Below are positions 46,316-55,500 of a stretch of DNA of 64,000 bases, in pieces. The position numbers and the translations under genes were made by a program. Source of the stretch: Candidatus Krumholzibacteriia bacterium (GTDB lineage: Bacteria > Krumholzibacteriota > Krumholzibacteriia > JAJRXK01); the NCBI GenBank assembly GCA_029932915.1, contig JAOZPE010000001.1, positions 32,222-96,221 on the forward strand, given 5' to 3'. The notes beneath the pieces are model-generated. The model was not told the origin of the DNA. It saw only the letters and a list, made by a program, of their open reading frames with translations, and did not search any database. Position 1 is the first letter of the stretch. Every line of letters begins with the position of its first letter.

Positions 46316-46930
46316 TCAGTGGGGTCCCGATCCCCGGGGAGAGATCCAGCCTTGGATCTCACCGTCCGGGTGGCTCTCAGTGGACACCCGCACGTAGGTG
46401 TCGCCGTCGGCCATGGCCCGGGCGAAATCGTCGAGACTCATGCCGGCCAAGGGGCCGAGCAGCTCGGAGGACTCGATCCTTCCCCAGGCCAGCACTCCGT
46501 TCACCCGTCCCTCCCAGGTCACCGGCGGAGGGCCATCGGGGTAAAGCCACGTCACCACCGGGTCATCCGCTCCGTCGACGGCTAGGTATACCCGGGCCAT
46601 CGTCACATCCTCGATATTGGAGACGATGAGCCGGAAGTAGAGGATGCTACCGTCGAGCGAGCGCTGGAACCAGGCCTGCCCCCGGGCGTGCGTGGTGACT
46701 TCCAGTTCGTCGCCGTTGAGCACCGCGCGGAAGTTGCGGGTACGCCTGTCTTCGCTGCGGTCCTGGGAAGGCCGGAGGGTGTCGGGAAGCTCGAGGCGGC
46801 CGTTTCCGGCGTCGCTCATCTCCACCGGGGCGGCGGCGCCATCGACGGCGGTGGGGGCCTCGCCGGAGCAGGCGGCCAGACCCAGCAGGAGTGCCATCGT
46901 CAGCACTGTGAGCCAGCTTGCAGGGCGCAT
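46316..46930 (-). CDS. Lipoprotein with a (degenerate) CHRD domain
   Basis: Lipobox LAAC; F.A.L.G.E, A.G.A.F and YV.V.T..HP.GEI.G. Confidence 0.7.
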   Translation of the reverse strand: MRPASWLTVLTMALLLGLAACSGEAPTAVDGAAAPVEMSDAGNGRLELPDTLRPSQDRSEDRRTRNFRAVLNGDELEVTTHARGQAWFQRSLDGSILYFRLIVSNIEDVTMARVYLAVDGADDPVVTWLYPDGPPPVTWEGRVNGVLAWGRIESSELLGPLAGMSLDDFARAMADGDTYVRVSTESHPDGEIQGWISPRGSGPH

Positions 46931-47120
46931 GGGGAATCTCTCCTTGGCAGCGGTATGAAGGGCCCCAGAGAACTCCGGAACCATTCTAACACGGATGAGT
47001 GCGGCGCGGGTGCAGCGCAGCCAGGCTGGTCAGCGGCCGGTGAAGGCCGTACACTCCCTGCGGTTTCCCGTCGCTCTTCTCCGGGTCCCATCCGGCCCTG
47101 GGTTTCCGTGGAGGTTGGGT

Positions 47121-47762
47121 GTGTATCCCCGTCGAGGCGTCCTGATCACCTTCGAGGGAGTGGAGGGTTGTGGCAAGTCCACGTTGCTGGACGGCCTGGC
47201 CGCCCGCCTGGAGGAAGCCGGTCTGCCGGTGCGGCGCAGCCGCGAGCCGGGAGGGACGCCCCTGGGGGAGGATGTGCGACGCCTGGTCCTCGACGCCCGC
47301 CACCGGCGGGTGAATCCCTGGAGCGAGTTGTTCCTGATGCTGGCGGCGCGGGCGCAGCTCGTACAGGAGGTCCTGCGGCCGGCGATGGAGAGCCGCCAGA
47401 TCGTTCTGTGTGACCGCTACGGCGACGCCTCCACGGCCTATCAGGGTGTCGGGCGGGGATTGGGCCTGGAGACGGTCGAGCGCCTGAACGAGCTGGCCAC
47501 CGGAGGGCTCGTTCCCGACGTGACCTTTCTCGTCGACCTCGATCCCGCCGAGGGCCAGCGGAGGATGGGCGACCGCGCCCGCGACCGCCTCGAACGCGAG
47601 AAGACCGCATTCCATGAGAGCGTGCGCGAGGGCTATCTCGAGCTGGCCCGACGTCACAGGGGGCGCTTCGAGGTGCTGGACGGAGCTCTTCCCCCCGCTT
47701 CGCTGCTGGAGGAGGCCTGGGCCCGCCTGGAGGACTTCCGCCGCCGGGAGCGGCTCTGGTGA
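47121..47762 (+). CDS. tmk: Thymidylate kinase
   Basis: ITFEGVEGCGKST, REPGGT, CDRY..S..AYQG, PD, DRLE. GTG start after GGAGG. Confidence 0.95.
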   Translation: MYPRRGVLITFEGVEGCGKSTLLDGLAARLEEAGLPVRRSREPGGTPLGEDVRRLVLDARHRRVNPWSELFLMLAARAQLVQEVLRPAMESRQIVLCDRYGDASTAYQGVGRGLGLETVERLNELATGGLVPDVTFLVDLDPAEGQRRMGDRARDRLEREKTAFHESVREGYLELARRHRGRFEVLDGALPPASLLEEAWARLEDFRRRERLW

Positions 47763-47962
47763 CTGGAAAAGGCCCTCCGGCGGCGTTTCCGGAGCGAGCC
47801 TCAAGACGGGTGCCGGCGGAACACATATTGCTGCCGTCGGTACAAGCTCGTACCCTGGGCCAGGTAGGCGTCGTCCTTGTCCATTTCGTGAACTCCGAGT
47901 CGACCCGATTTCCGATCGATCGCCGGTGATCCGGCCCCTTCCAACCTTTTCGAGGATCATCC

Positions 47963-49777
47963 ATGCAGCGTCCCAGCCGTAAACTTCTGATCACCCTGGG
48001 TGTGGTGTGTCTGCTCAGCCTGGGATTCGTTCTCGGTGCGACCGCGGGTCGCGATGAGCGTCCCGACAAGAAGGGGACCCGCAGTCAGGAGTACTACGAC
48101 AGTCTCGAGCTCTTCGGCCGGGTCTACGAGCGCATCACCCGCAACTACGTCGACGAACTCGATCCGCAGGAGCTGATCGACTCGGCGATCGAGGGGATGC
48201 TCGACCAGCTCGATCCGCACAGCCAGCTGTTGACCCCGCAGAGCTACGAAGACCTGATGACCAGTACCCAGGGCGAGTTCGGCGGTCTGGGCATCCAGAT
48301 CACCGTGCGGGACGGATGGATCACCGTGGTGTCGCCCATCGAAGGCACCCCCGCCTATCTCATGGGTATCCAGGGCGGCGACCAGATCGTCGAGATCGAG
48401 GGGGAGAGCACCGAGGGCTGGAAGACCACCGATGCGGTGAAGAAGCTGCGTGGCCCCAAGGGGACCCAGGTCACCATCGGGATCCGCCGCCCCGGCGAGG
48501 ATGCCATCCGCCACTACACCATCACCCGCGACATCATCAAGCTCGAGAGCGTGCCCTATGCGTTCATGATCGACGAGGACGCGAAGGTGGGCTACGTGCG
48601 CATCACCAACTTCGCCCGCACCACCGCCACCGAGCTCAAGACGGCCATCGACTCGCTGAAGGTGCAGGGGATGAAGCGCCTGCTCATCGACCTGCGCTAC
48701 AACCCCGGCGGACTGTTGAGTTCGGCCAAGGACGTCAGTGAACTCTTCCTGAAGGAAGGCCAGCTCATCGTCTACACCAAGGGCCGCTACATGCGGAACA
48801 ACCTCAGCTACTACGCCACCGGCCAGAGCGAGGCCGACTGGGACGACACCCCTCTGCTGGTCCTGGTGAACGGCAGCTCGGCCAGCGCCAGTGAGATCCT
48901 CTCCGGTGCGATCCAGGACCACGACGTGGGGCTCATCGCCGGCCAGACCACCTTCGGGAAGGGTTCGGTGCAGACGGTCTTCGATCTGCCGCCGGACCGC
49001 GCGCTGAAGCTCACCACCGCCCGTTACTACACCCCCAGTGGACGCTCCATCCACCGTGAGCGCACGCGGGAGGGCGAGTTGGTGGAGAAGGGTGGCGAGA
49101 AGGCTTCCGAGGGAAAGGATGACCTCGACGCCACGCAGGAGAAGGACGAGGGCAAGCAGGACGGGGATGAGGACGACGGGTCGTCCGCTCCGAAGGCCTC
49201 GGACGCGGGGGAGGAGCAGACGGACGCCGACGAGCCGACCGAGGTCTTCTTCACCGACATGGGCCGCAAGGTCTACGGCGGGGGCGGCATCACCCCGGAC
49301 GTGGAGATCGAGCCCACGCTGCTGAGCGATCCGGAGCTGTGTCTGGAGCGGGACGGCATCTTCTTCGCCTTCGCCACCGAGTACAGCATCACCCACGACA
49401 AGCTGCCCGCGGACTTCCAGGTGACCCCTGCCATGCTCGATGACTTCTTCGAGAAGGCCTCCGAGCGGGAGAATCTCGAGAAGTACCTCGCCGAGTTCGA
49501 TCTCAAGTGGACCCGCGAACTCATGGACGAGAATCTCCAGTACGTGAAGGACGGGATCCGCCGGGAGATCGAACGGCACTACCATGGTCCGATGGCCGCC
49601 TACCGGATCTCCATCCAGGACGACGGCCAACTCTGGGAGGCGGTCGATCTGTTGCGTCAGGCGGACAACCGCCTCGGTCTGTTCCACGTGGCCGATGAGT
49701 ACAACGCCCACAAGCTGGCCGAGGCGGAAGAGGCCGGGACCGAGGCGGAGAAGGAAGCCGCCGTCCAGGCCCACTGA
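47963..49777 (+). CDS. S41A carboxy-terminal processing protease (PDZ + peptidase)
   Basis: LDPHS, GGLGI, DLRYNPGG, SASASEI, TFGKGSVQ, TARYYTPSGRSI, GGGITPD. Confidence 0.93.
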   Translation: MQRPSRKLLITLGVVCLLSLGFVLGATAGRDERPDKKGTRSQEYYDSLELFGRVYERITRNYVDELDPQELIDSAIEGMLDQLDPHSQLLTPQSYEDLMTSTQGEFGGLGIQITVRDGWITVVSPIEGTPAYLMGIQGGDQIVEIEGESTEGWKTTDAVKKLRGPKGTQVTIGIRRPGEDAIRHYTITRDIIKLESVPYAFMIDEDAKVGYVRITNFARTTATELKTAIDSLKVQGMKRLLIDLRYNPGGLLSSAKDVSELFLKEGQLIVYTKGRYMRNNLSYYATGQSEADWDDTPLLVLVNGSSASASEILSGAIQDHDVGLIAGQTTFGKGSVQTVFDLPPDRALKLTTARYYTPSGRSIHRERTREGELVEKGGEKASEGKDDLDATQEKDEGKQDGDEDDGSSAPKASDAGEEQTDADEPTEVFFTDMGRKVYGGGGITPDVEIEPTLLSDPELCLERDGIFFAFATEYSITHDKLPADFQVTPAMLDDFFEKASERENLEKYLAEFDLKWTRELMDENLQYVKDGIRREIERHYHGPMAAYRISIQDDGQLWEAVDLLRQADNRLGLFHVADEYNAHKLAEAEEAGTEAEKEAAVQAH

Positions 49778-49883
49778 TCGACCCGGCCGGGACGGGAGGG
49801 CTTCGGCAGGGCAGCCGGTCCGGGAGTGTGGTGGAAGGGCAGGTCGAAGCCGGCACCTGGCAGGCGGATGCGGCAGACGGATG

Positions 49884-49919
49884 TGAAGAAGGGGAGACCG
49901 GCTGGTCTCCCCTTCTTCA
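49884..49919. terminator. Bidirectional Rho-independent terminator
   Basis: Perfect 16-bp inverted repeat TGAAGAAGGGGAGACC-ggct-GGTCTCCCCTTCTTCA between convergent genes. Confidence 0.85.
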
Positions 49920-49945
49920 TTGTCGAGTCATGGGTCGCTCGCCGT

Positions 49946-50740
49946 TCAGCGGGTGCCGAAGAGCGCTTTCACCTGTCCCCACGAGTCGGACTCGGTGGGC
50001 ACCGGCGATGCGGCGCGGATGAGAACCACGAGGTCGTTGAAGTCGTTGTCGGTCGAGTTGGGTCCGGCGGTGGCGGTGATCTCCAGGCCCGAATCGATGT
50101 CCTCCCAGGCCAGGATGTAGGCCGGCTGCCCGAAGAGATAGGAGACGTTGTAGATGAGGCACTGCGGATCGCCGTTCTCCGGGGGATGGATGGCGCCGCT
50201 GCCGTCCGGGCCGATGTCGTTGAGACTACGGTCGGTGTAGAAACGTTCGGGTTGGGGCGCTCCACGGCTGTCCAGCTCACCGTTGGGATCGAGCCAGAAG
50301 CCGAAGCGGATGGGGGTGTCGAAGGTGATGACCTTGGTGGTCCCCACCCCGTCGCTTCCCTCGAAGATCACGCCGTCGTTGAAGCCGTCGATCTCGGGGA
50401 AACCGATCTCGTACCAACCCATGGTGTTGTTGTCCTGATAGCCGGCGAGTTCCTCGACGATCATTCCACTGAAGTCCGAGTCCTCCCAGTAGGGCACCGG
50501 ATCGAGGTCGGCGTCGCCGGGAAGATAGCCCTCGTACATGGTGAGGACGTCGATGTCGCCGGGGGAGTAGGTCGTGGGGAACTCCGTCGAGAGATAGTCG
50601 TCGATGACGTCCTGCAGGGGGACACCGTCCCAGGACGTTCCCCAGCTCACATCGAAGACGGCGTGAGCGGGGGGGGCCATGACGAGACCCAGGGCCACGA
50701 GGGCGATGAGAGCGCCGATGGTGCGGATGCGCAGATGCAT
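49946..50740 (-). CDS. Secreted acidic protein with DUF4114-like domain and a C-terminal PTESDSWGQVKALF tail
   Basis: Signal peptide ending AHA-V; LAWEDI...DNDFNDLVV motif; the tail is read directly from the translation. Confidence 0.75.
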   Translation of the reverse strand: MHLRIRTIGALIALVALGLVMAPPAHAVFDVSWGTSWDGVPLQDVIDDYLSTEFPTTYSPGDIDVLTMYEGYLPGDADLDPVPYWEDSDFSGMIVEELAGYQDNNTMGWYEIGFPEIDGFNDGVIFEGSDGVGTTKVITFDTPIRFGFWLDPNGELDSRGAPQPERFYTDRSLNDIGPDGSGAIHPPENGDPQCLIYNVSYLFGQPAYILAWEDIDSGLEITATAGPNSTDNDFNDLVVLIRAASPVPTESDSWGQVKALFGTR

Positions 50741-50832
50741 GAGGGATCCTCTCTGGGAAGTACACTTCTCCGAGAGCACGGCAATGCCGGCGCTGCTCGG
50801 TAGTTCCACCCGTCCGTCCTGCCCCGGAGGCG

Positions 50833-50848
50833 AACGAGACTCGTGCCA
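50833..50848 (-). promoter_or_regulatory. Partial sigma54-like promoter TGGCACG-AGTC-TCGTT
   Basis: Perfect -24 element, degenerate -12 (GT instead of GC), ~90 nt upstream of the secreted-protein gene. Confidence 0.35.
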
Positions 50849-51101
50849 GGAATGGGCTCATTTTATCACCAAACGGCTGGAACGACAAGTAGGTGACTGG
50901 TTTTTGGCCATTCAGGGAAGTACGAGCGCGTTGGAGGGGCCTACGGGGGGCTTTTCCGCCCGTAGAGGCCTGAAGGAGGCTCGGGGCGGGAGCCCGCAGG
51001 TGACAGGTCCGCTCGGGCGCGCTAGGATGCCCGGGTGGGATTCGGCCGGATTTCCCTGAAATCCCTGCAACCTCCTGTCCTTTCAAGGCGTAGAGCATTT
51101 C

Positions 51102-52028
51102 GTGTCCACCGAGACCTACATCGTCCAGGCTCAGGACCTGCACCAGTCCTACGGCCCTCGTCCGGTCCTGCACGGGCTCGACTTCACGCTCTCCCCGGGG
51201 GCGGTGGGCCTGCTGGGTCCCAACGGCAGCGGGAAGACCACCCTCCTGAGGACCCTCCTGGGCCTCTTGCCGGTGGAACCCGGTCACGCCCGGGTCCTGG
51301 GCCACGATCCCGCACTCGAACCGCTGAGGATCCGCTCGAGGATCGGCCTGGTTCCCGAGAGCGAGTGTCTCGTGCCGGGAATGAATGCGGTCGAGTTGAC
51401 CTCCTACGCCGGCGAGCTCAGCGGCATGGATCCCCGCGATGCCATGCAACGGGCCCATCAGGTGCTCTACTACGTGGGATTGGGAGAGGCCCGGTACCGT
51501 GATCTCGGCTCGTACAGTCAGGGCATGAAGCAACGGCTCAAGCTGGCCCAGGCCCTGGTCCATGATCCCGATCTCCTCTTGCTGGACGAGCCCACCAGCG
51601 GCATGGATCCACCGGGGCGGGAGGCCATGCTGGCGCTGATCCGGGAGCTGGCCGGTGTCCATGGGATCTCGGTCATCCTCAGCACGCATCTGCTGGCCGA
51701 CGTGGAGGAGACCTGCAGCAGCGTTCTCATCCTCCAGGAGGGCCGCCTGAAGGCGCAGCGGCCGGTGCTCGCCGATTCCCTGCACCCGCACCTGGTCTTC
51801 GACGTGAAGGGCCGGGGGGATTTCGAGGCGCTCGGAGGGATGCTGGAGTCGGAAGGGCATCACTGGACGGCGATCAAGGGGGGAATCCGGGTCCGCCTGC
51901 GCGAGGATGCGCGGGGGCCTCGGCCCATCCTCGAGGCCTTGACGAAGCTGGAAGGACGGGTCCAGGTGCGACACCTGGTTCCGGCGGGTCGGTCGGTGGA
52001 GGACACCTTCTTCGAGGTGGTGGACTGA
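51102..52028 (+). CDS. ABC transporter ATP-binding protein
   Basis: GPNGSGKTT, YSQGMKQR, LLDEP, STH. Confidence 0.93.
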   Translation: MSTETYIVQAQDLHQSYGPRPVLHGLDFTLSPGAVGLLGPNGSGKTTLLRTLLGLLPVEPGHARVLGHDPALEPLRIRSRIGLVPESECLVPGMNAVELTSYAGELSGMDPRDAMQRAHQVLYYVGLGEARYRDLGSYSQGMKQRLKLAQALVHDPDLLLLDEPTSGMDPPGREAMLALIRELAGVHGISVILSTHLLADVEETCSSVLILQEGRLKAQRPVLADSLHPHLVFDVKGRGDFEALGGMLESEGHHWTAIKGGIRVRLREDARGPRPILEALTKLEGRVQVRHLVPAGRSVEDTFFEVVD

Positions 52029-52885
52029 TGCCCATCTACGACCAGGGTTATGCCCGCTGGGAGGGGAGCCTGCGCCGCCGGCCGCTGCGGTGGTGGCCCA
52101 TCGTGCGGCGGAACTTCCCGGCCGAGTTGCGTCGGCGCCGTACCCTGTTGTTGCTGATGCTGGCCTGGGCGGCGGTCCTGGTCCAGGGGGTCATCCTCTA
52201 CGGTGACCTGCGGGCGGGCGGGCTGTTGCGCTCGTCCGGCCTCCTCAAGGGCGGCATGCTCTACTTCTACCAGGCGGTCAACCACCAGGGACCCTTCGTG
52301 CTGCTCTTCGTGCTCCTGTCGGGGACCGAACTCATCTCCCGCGACCGGCGCTACCAGGCGCTGCAGATCTACTTCTCCCGGCCTCTCACCCGCAACGACT
52401 ACATCCTGGGCAAACTGGGCATCGTGGCGGCCTTCGTGTTCCTGGTGAGCTGGCTGCCGGTGCTCGTGCTCTGGCTCTTCGCGGTGATCGTCAGCACCCA
52501 GCCGGGCTATCTCGCCTCGGTCTGGATGGCTCCGCTCTCCCTCACCGTGTACTGCGCGGTGTGGTCCCTGGCGGCCGGTCTGTTGATCCTCGCCCTGTCC
52601 TCGCTGGCCCGCCGCAGCGCCATCATCGCCGTCAGCTGGGTGCTGCTGTATGGCCTGCTGGTCATCCGCGGGGTGACCACCCTGGTGGCCTCGCTCACCC
52701 ACTGGCCGTACTGGGGCGCCCTCGATCTGGACCGCAACGTCAAACAGGTGGGTGCCTGGTTCTTCGGCGTCGATGGTCCGCTGGACTACTCCCCCCTGTG
52801 GAGCCTTGTGATCGTGGCCGCCGTCGTGGTGGGATGCTATCTGATCCTGCGCCGCAGGATCCGCCCGGTGGAGGTGGCCCTGTGA
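52028..52885 (+). CDS. ABC-2-type permease
   Basis: About six TM helices and YFSRPLTR.DY..GK. Confidence 0.85.
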   Translation: MPIYDQGYARWEGSLRRRPLRWWPIVRRNFPAELRRRRTLLLLMLAWAAVLVQGVILYGDLRAGGLLRSSGLLKGGMLYFYQAVNHQGPFVLLFVLLSGTELISRDRRYQALQIYFSRPLTRNDYILGKLGIVAAFVFLVSWLPVLVLWLFAVIVSTQPGYLASVWMAPLSLTVYCAVWSLAAGLLILALSSLARRSAIIAVSWVLLYGLLVIRGVTTLVASLTHWPYWGALDLDRNVKQVGAWFFGVDGPLDYSPLWSLVIVAAVVVGCYLILRRRIRPVEVAL

Positions 52886-53832
52886 ACGGCCCGTCGCCAT
52901 CGTCGAGGGTGACCCTGGCCACCGAGGAGCTGAGCCGCTGGTACGGCCAGGTCATCGGCGTCAACGATGTGACGGTGTCCATCACCCCGGGGGTCACCGG
53001 ACTGCTCGGTCTCAACGGGGCAGGCAAGAGCACCCTGTTCAAGGTCATGGCGGGGCAACTGACTCCGTCCAAGGGAGTGGTCCGCGTCCTCGGACACGAT
53101 CTCTTCCGGCATCGGGGTCTCTTCCGCCGCATCGGCTTCGTGGCCGAGGCCGACGCCCTGTACGAGTCGATGACCGGCCGGGAGATGCTCGTGTACCTCA
53201 CCCGCCTGCAGGGCTTCAGCCGGGCCGAGGCCCGCCGTCGGGCCGATGCCGCTTTGGAGCGGACGCACCTGAGTGACGACGCCGACCGCACGGTGCGGGG
53301 CTATTCGAAGGGGATGCGCCAGAAGATCAAGCTCGCCCAGGCGCTCGCGCATGACCCGGAGGTCTTCTTCCTCGACGAACCCTTCAACGGCATGGACCCG
53401 GTGAGCCGGCGTGAGGCCATGGAACTGGTGGTCCGTCTCGGGGAGGAGGGGAAGACGGTCCTGGTGAGCAGCCACATCCTCCACGAGGTCGAGGCCATGA
53501 CCTCCAGGATCCTGCTCATGCACCGGGGAAGGATCCTGGCCGAGGGCGACATCGGTGAGATCCGCGACGCCGTCGAACGCCATCCCCACCGCATCGAGAT
53601 CCGCTGTGACCAGCCGCGGGCGCTGGCCCCGCGTTTCATCGAGATGGAGGAGGTACAGGGGGTGAGGGTGGAATCGGAGAAGATCCTGCTCGTCGAGTCC
53701 GATCTGCCACGAGAAGTCTTCCGCCGGCTTCCCCATCTCGCCCTGGACGCCTCACTGGGCATCCACTCGTGGACCACACTGGACGACGACCTCAAGAGCC
53801 TCTTCGAATACCTGGTGGAGGACGGAAGATGA
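52882..53832 (+). CDS. ABC transporter ATP-binding protein
   Basis: GLNGAGKST, YSKGMRQK, FLDEP, SSH. GTGA overlap. Confidence 0.93.
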   Translation: MNGPSPSSRVTLATEELSRWYGQVIGVNDVTVSITPGVTGLLGLNGAGKSTLFKVMAGQLTPSKGVVRVLGHDLFRHRGLFRRIGFVAEADALYESMTGREMLVYLTRLQGFSRAEARRRADAALERTHLSDDADRTVRGYSKGMRQKIKLAQALAHDPEVFFLDEPFNGMDPVSRREAMELVVRLGEEGKTVLVSSHILHEVEAMTSRILLMHRGRILAEGDIGEIRDAVERHPHRIEIRCDQPRALAPRFIEMEEVQGVRVESEKILLVESDLPREVFRRLPHLALDASLGIHSWTTLDDDLKSLFEYLVEDGR

Positions 53833-54692
53833 GCGCAGTGGATCCGGCCCAAGGGACCGTCGTCGGCGGGAGCCGTCCCGATGCTCCCGATCGCGTCCTT
53901 CCCGTGGTCCAGACCGTGGGCCTGGTGTACGGAGCCGCCGTGCTCGAACTCGTCCGGCGCAAGCGCCTGGTCTTCCTCGGTCTGGCCCTTCTGCTCCCCC
54001 TGTTGTTGACCGTGGTATGGCGGATCTACGGGATGGACCATCTCGACGCCACCCGTTTCTTCGCCAATCTGGGGGGGATGATCTACCTGAAGGCGCTGGT
54101 CTATCTGGTGAGCCTGTTCTACGGGGTTCCCGCCGTCCATGACGAGATCGAGGGGCACACGCTGGTCTACCTCTTCACGCGCCCACTGTCGAAGATGGCG
54201 ATCTTCGTCGGCCGCCTGTTGGCGGTACAGACCGTGGCCGGTCTGCTGCTGGCTGCCTCGCTGGCGGTGTGTTTCCTGTTGATGATCGTGGGCAACACGG
54301 CGGCGATCGATCTGGAGTTCATCGAGGTCTACACCAACTACTTCCTGGTCGTCCTGTTGGCGGTGTTCTGTTACACCGCCGTCTTCGCTCTGATGGGAAC
54401 GGCTTTCAAGAAGCCGCTGGTATGGGGTGTGCTCTACATCTTCGCCTGGGAGACCAGCGTCTCGGTGATCCCGGCCCGTCTGCAGATGTGGACCCTCGAG
54501 TGGCACCTGCGCAATCTGATTCTCCACCAGCAGGATGTCGCCGCTTCGCTCAACCGTTTCGTGCTCCAGTTCCTGTCGGTGGATTATGCGATGCCCTGGT
54601 GGGGATCGCTGGCGATCCTGCTGGCCGCTCTGTCGATCTTCACCCTCGCCGGCGGCTGGGTGTTCTCGCGCAAGGAGTACCTGCTCGGATGA
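53829..54692 (+). CDS. ABC-2-type permease
   Basis: EIEG.TL.YLFTRP motif and TM helices. ATGA overlap. Confidence 0.85.
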   Translation: MSAVDPAQGTVVGGSRPDAPDRVLPVVQTVGLVYGAAVLELVRRKRLVFLGLALLLPLLLTVVWRIYGMDHLDATRFFANLGGMIYLKALVYLVSLFYGVPAVHDEIEGHTLVYLFTRPLSKMAIFVGRLLAVQTVAGLLLAASLAVCFLLMIVGNTAAIDLEFIEVYTNYFLVVLLAVFCYTAVFALMGTAFKKPLVWGVLYIFAWETSVSVIPARLQMWTLEWHLRNLILHQQDVAASLNRFVLQFLSVDYAMPWWGSLAILLAALSIFTLAGGWVFSRKEYLLG

Positions 54693-54753
54693 ACGGTCTG
54701 CGTCTCCGTTCGCTGCATGTCCTCCGTTCCCTGCATCTCGGCGGGTTCCATCG

Positions 54754-55374
54754 ATGAGTCTGCGTTTCCCCGCCTCCCGCCGCTTGCGGCGCCGTTTCTT
54801 CACCCGTGACCCCATCACTCTCGCGATGGACCTGCTGGGCTGCGCCCTGGTGTGGAAGAAGGGTGATCGGGTCCTGGCGGTGCGTCTGGTGGAGGTGGAG
54901 GCCTACCTGGGCGAGGGGGAGGATCCGGCCAGTCACGCCTGGCGGGGACGGACGGCCCGCAATTCCCAGATGTTTGCAACCGGCGGCCGTCTCTACGTGT
55001 ACTTCACCTACGGCATGCACTACTGCATGAACGTGGTGTCGGGAAAGGAGGGGCAGGCGGGGGCGGTCCTGTTGAGAGCGGCCGAGCCCCTGGTGGGGGA
55101 GGCCCTCATGGAACGGCGCCGCGGGCGTGGTGGACGTGAGTTGACCAATGGTCCGGCCAAGCTGTGCCAGGCCATGGGAATCGATCTGCGGCACAATGGT
55201 CTGGACCTGGTCGAGGGGCCACTGGGGATCTGGCCCCATGAGCGCCCCGGATCGATCGTCCGCACGCCGAGGATCGGCATCCGGAGGGGTCGGGAGCTGC
55301 TTCTACGCTTCCACGATCCGGTATCCCCCTATGTGTCCCACCGCTCGCAGCGGAAGCCGCGAAGCGAGCACTGA
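54754..55374 (+). CDS. mpg: DNA-3-methyladenine glycosylase (AAG/MPG family)
   Basis: EVEAY, DPASH, YVYFTYGMHYCMN, AVLLRA.EP, GPAKLC, PRIGI. Confidence 0.93.
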   Translation: MSLRFPASRRLRRRFFTRDPITLAMDLLGCALVWKKGDRVLAVRLVEVEAYLGEGEDPASHAWRGRTARNSQMFATGGRLYVYFTYGMHYCMNVVSGKEGQAGAVLLRAAEPLVGEALMERRRGRGGRELTNGPAKLCQAMGIDLRHNGLDLVEGPLGIWPHERPGSIVRTPRIGIRRGRELLLRFHDPVSPYVSHRSQRKPRSEH

Positions 55375-55386
55375 TGAAGGGAGACT

Positions 55387-55416
55387 TTGACCGATGGCAT
55401 CGAGTGCTGGTAATGT
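55387..55416 (+). promoter_or_regulatory. sigma70-like promoter TTGACC-N18-TAATGT (extended TG)
   Basis: Lies upstream of the M16 peptidase pair. Confidence 0.45.
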
Positions 55417-55500
55417 TCACTTCCTGCGGCGAGACCCCCGGTGGCTTCGTCCCTTGTTTTCTCCATTCCTCGACAGCCTCTCATACTCGGAGGAGGGCAG

